This document shows, in pieces, positions 62,511 to 64,000 of a DNA stretch of 64,000 nucleotides. The position numbers and the translations under genes are program-made. The stretch lies in assembly GCA_964646415.1 (NCBI GenBank), contig CAZYEL010000002.1:8538-72537 (forward strand), written 5' to 3'. Within the stretch, counting starts at the first letter, position 1. Each line of letters begins with the position of its first letter. Under the pieces are notes generated by a model. That model was not told where the DNA came from and did not search any database. It worked only from the letters and a program-made list of their open reading frames with translations. Origin of the DNA: an uncultured Candidatus Saccharibacteria bacterium (lineage in GTDB: Bacteria; Patescibacteriota; Minisyncoccia; UBA6257; 2-01-FULL-56-20).

Positions 62511-64000
62511 CTATTGCTGCAAGGCATAGAGACTTCCAAGTTTTGACCCACGCCTCTTGATTAACATATCAAACTTCCCGCGCTCCACAATCGCACCCTT
62601 GTCGAACACAATGACTTCGTCTGCGTTGCGAATTGTGGAAAGGCGGTGCGCCACAATAAGGAAAGTCTTGTTTCCGCCGAACTCGCCGAAGAGCCGGTCC
62701 ACGATGCGCTTCTCGGTTTTGCCGTCGAGGGACGATGTTGCTTCGTCCAAAATCACAATCGGGCAATCCTTGTAAATCGCGCGCGCAATGCCGATGCGCT
62801 GGCGCTCCCCTCCCGAAAGATTGTATCCCCGCTCTCCGATATAGGTATTGATTCCCTCGGGGAGCCGCGCGATTACCTCCTTCAAGTCGGCAACCTTGAT
62901 TGCGCGCGCAAAAAGCTCGCGGTCAAAATCGCGCATCATCGTGATGTTCTCCTGAAATGAGAGATTGAAAAGCTCCGCCTCCTGCAACACCACCGCGATG
63001 TTGCCGGTAACCGCCTCGCGGGACATCTCATAAAAATCGGTTTCGCCCACGGCGAACTTCCCACGCTTGAGCTCGTAGAGCCCGAGGAGAATCTTTACGA
63101 GCGTAGACTTCCCGCTGCCGGAACCTCCTGCGACTCCCACCCGCGCGCCGCGCGAGATATTCAAACTGAAACGGGAAAGTCCGGAATGCGTATTCGGATA
63201 GTAAAACTCGGCACGGTCGAGCGTGAGTGCATCCCACTCCTTCGGGAAGGGTTTCTTCCCCGAGCGCACCGCCGACTTCTCCCGGAAAATGGGCATCATG
63301 CGCCCGACGTCAACTTTGAATCCGACGAGTACCGTGCCGATGTCATTGATATCGTTCGCGGATTCCCGCAATTTACTGAAATACACGTAGAGCACGAGGA
63401 TTAAGCCGATACTCACCGTGCCGGCAAGAACCTGCTGCCCGATGAGGAAGAGAAGAATGCCGTACGCGCATCCGTTCCACACCTGGAAAAATTGCCACTT
63501 CTTATTATTTGTGTCCGCGATTTTGAACTGAAACTCTTTGACGCTCATTTCATGCGCCTGCACCCGCGAATGCACGTTGGATTCCGCGCCCGCGGCTTTG
63601 ATGGAAAGGATATTGCCTGCGCCTTCAATGTACGTTCCGCTTGAACGCTCGAGTGCCTGGTCGTACCCGAAACTTAATGCTTCCATTTTCCTGCTGAACG
63701 TAATAAGTATGGTGAGAAACACCGCAACGTACACCAACGCGAATACGAAAAGCGTCCAGTGCGTAAAAAAGAAAAATAAAGGAACGCCTATAAAATTCGC
63801 GAGAACGAGATATACGTTGCGGGTAGTGATTTGGATAAGCTCAAAGAGCGCCATGCTGCCGCCCAAAACCCGCTGGACCTTATTCCCGGTGTTCTCCTTG
63901 GCGTGCCACTCAATTGAAGCATCCATAAGCCGCTCGAATCCCTTCACCTTTGCGCGGGACCGCACCGCAATGGCGATCTTGCTTAAGATGTTTTTGGTGC
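62511..64000 (-). CDS. ABC exporter, fused transmembrane domain plus ATPase (MsbA-like). Partial: the N-terminus lies beyond the right edge.
   Basis: The C-terminal nucleotide-binding domain carries GGSGSGKST, LSGGERQRIGIARA and ILDEATSSLD. Only about 4 transmembrane helices are present, and the frame stays open to 64000. The track M at 63965 is a GTG. Confidence 0.8.
   Translation of the reverse strand, partial: TKNILSKIAIAVRSRAKVKGFERLMDASIEWHAKENTGNKVQRVLGGSMALFELIQITTRNVYLVLANFIGVPLFFFFTHWTLFVFALVYVAVFLTILITFSRKMEALSFGYDQALERSSGTYIEGAGNILSIKAAGAESNVHSRVQAHEMSVKEFQFKIADTNNKKWQFFQVWNGCAYGILLFLIGQQVLAGTVSIGLILVLYVYFSKLRESANDINDIGTVLVGFKVDVGRMMPIFREKSAVRSGKKPFPKEWDALTLDRAEFYYPNTHSGLSRFSLNISRGARVGVAGGSGSGKSTLVKILLGLYELKRGKFAVGETDFYEMSREAVTGNIAVVLQEAELFNLSFQENITMMRDFDRELFARAIKVADLKEVIARLPEGINTYIGERGYNLSGGERQRIGIARAIYKDCPIVILDEATSSLDGKTEKRIVDRLFGEFGGNKTFLIVAHRLSTIRNADEVIVFDKGAIVERGKFDMLIKRRGSKLGSLYALQQ

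Noticed and set aside
1-64000. CRISPR arrays, rRNA genes, integrases or transposases, and prophage structural genes
   Set aside because: I scanned the intergenic regions and ORF translations. I found no spacer-repeat periodicity, no rRNA-like conserved blocks, and no recombinase (DDE or Tyr/Ser) motifs. The two AT-rich islands therefore lack an identifiable mobility gene within this window.

Overview
This 64 kb window is a gene-dense bacterial chromosomal segment of about 60% GC, mostly coding on the minus strand, with three short AT-rich islands. The recognisable genes are: obg, a glycerate-to-PEP operon (glycerate kinase, ppsA, D-2-hydroxyacid dehydrogenase, eno), and a large DNA-repair neighbourhood (uvrA, uvrB, a MazG-like gene, nth, mpg, ogt, a mutY-like gene, msrB, dinB, a MutT-like NUDIX gene). 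Further along are nucleotide-salvage genes (nucleoside hydrolase, a PRTase-HAD fusion, four NUDIX genes, HIT), then secA, an ArsR-family regulator, hpf, murB and tpiA. The window ends with a dcw cluster fragment (mraZ-rsmH-ftsL-ftsI-murF), a liv-type ABC transporter operon, rplJ-rplL, gpsA, tRNA-Glu(CUC), tRNA-Val(CAC) and a partial ABC exporter. The ORF track misses a long signal-peptide surface protein that runs off the left edge (1..1469, minus strand). I found no CRISPR array, no rRNA, and no integrase or transposase.

The things most worth a second look are:
- An AT-rich three-gene cassette between uvrB and a MazG-like gene: a membrane protein, a small unknown protein and an SDH-family ClpP-fold serine protease. 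A 46-bp perfect palindrome sits at its 5' end. This is a candidate horizontally acquired stress or defence module.
- A second AT-rich island carrying a Doc toxin, a small upstream ORF, tRNA-Glu and an unknown 268-aa protein.
- A conserved 70-83 nt element with about 19-bp terminal inverted repeats, present 7-8 nt upstream of the start codons of mraZ, rplL and rplJ.
- A palindromic operator-like motif family (CTACC-W-TTCG-NN-CGAA-W-GGT) upstream of uvrB, upstream of the ArsR-family gene, and as a 40-bp perfect palindrome upstream of secA.
- A 57-nt in-frame palindromic insertion in uvrB, and a 32-bp perfect palindrome just upstream of uvrA.
- A decoy duplication of the dinB start codon region, and a long structured leader upstream of murB.

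All functional calls rest on motif recognition by eye; I ran no searches.
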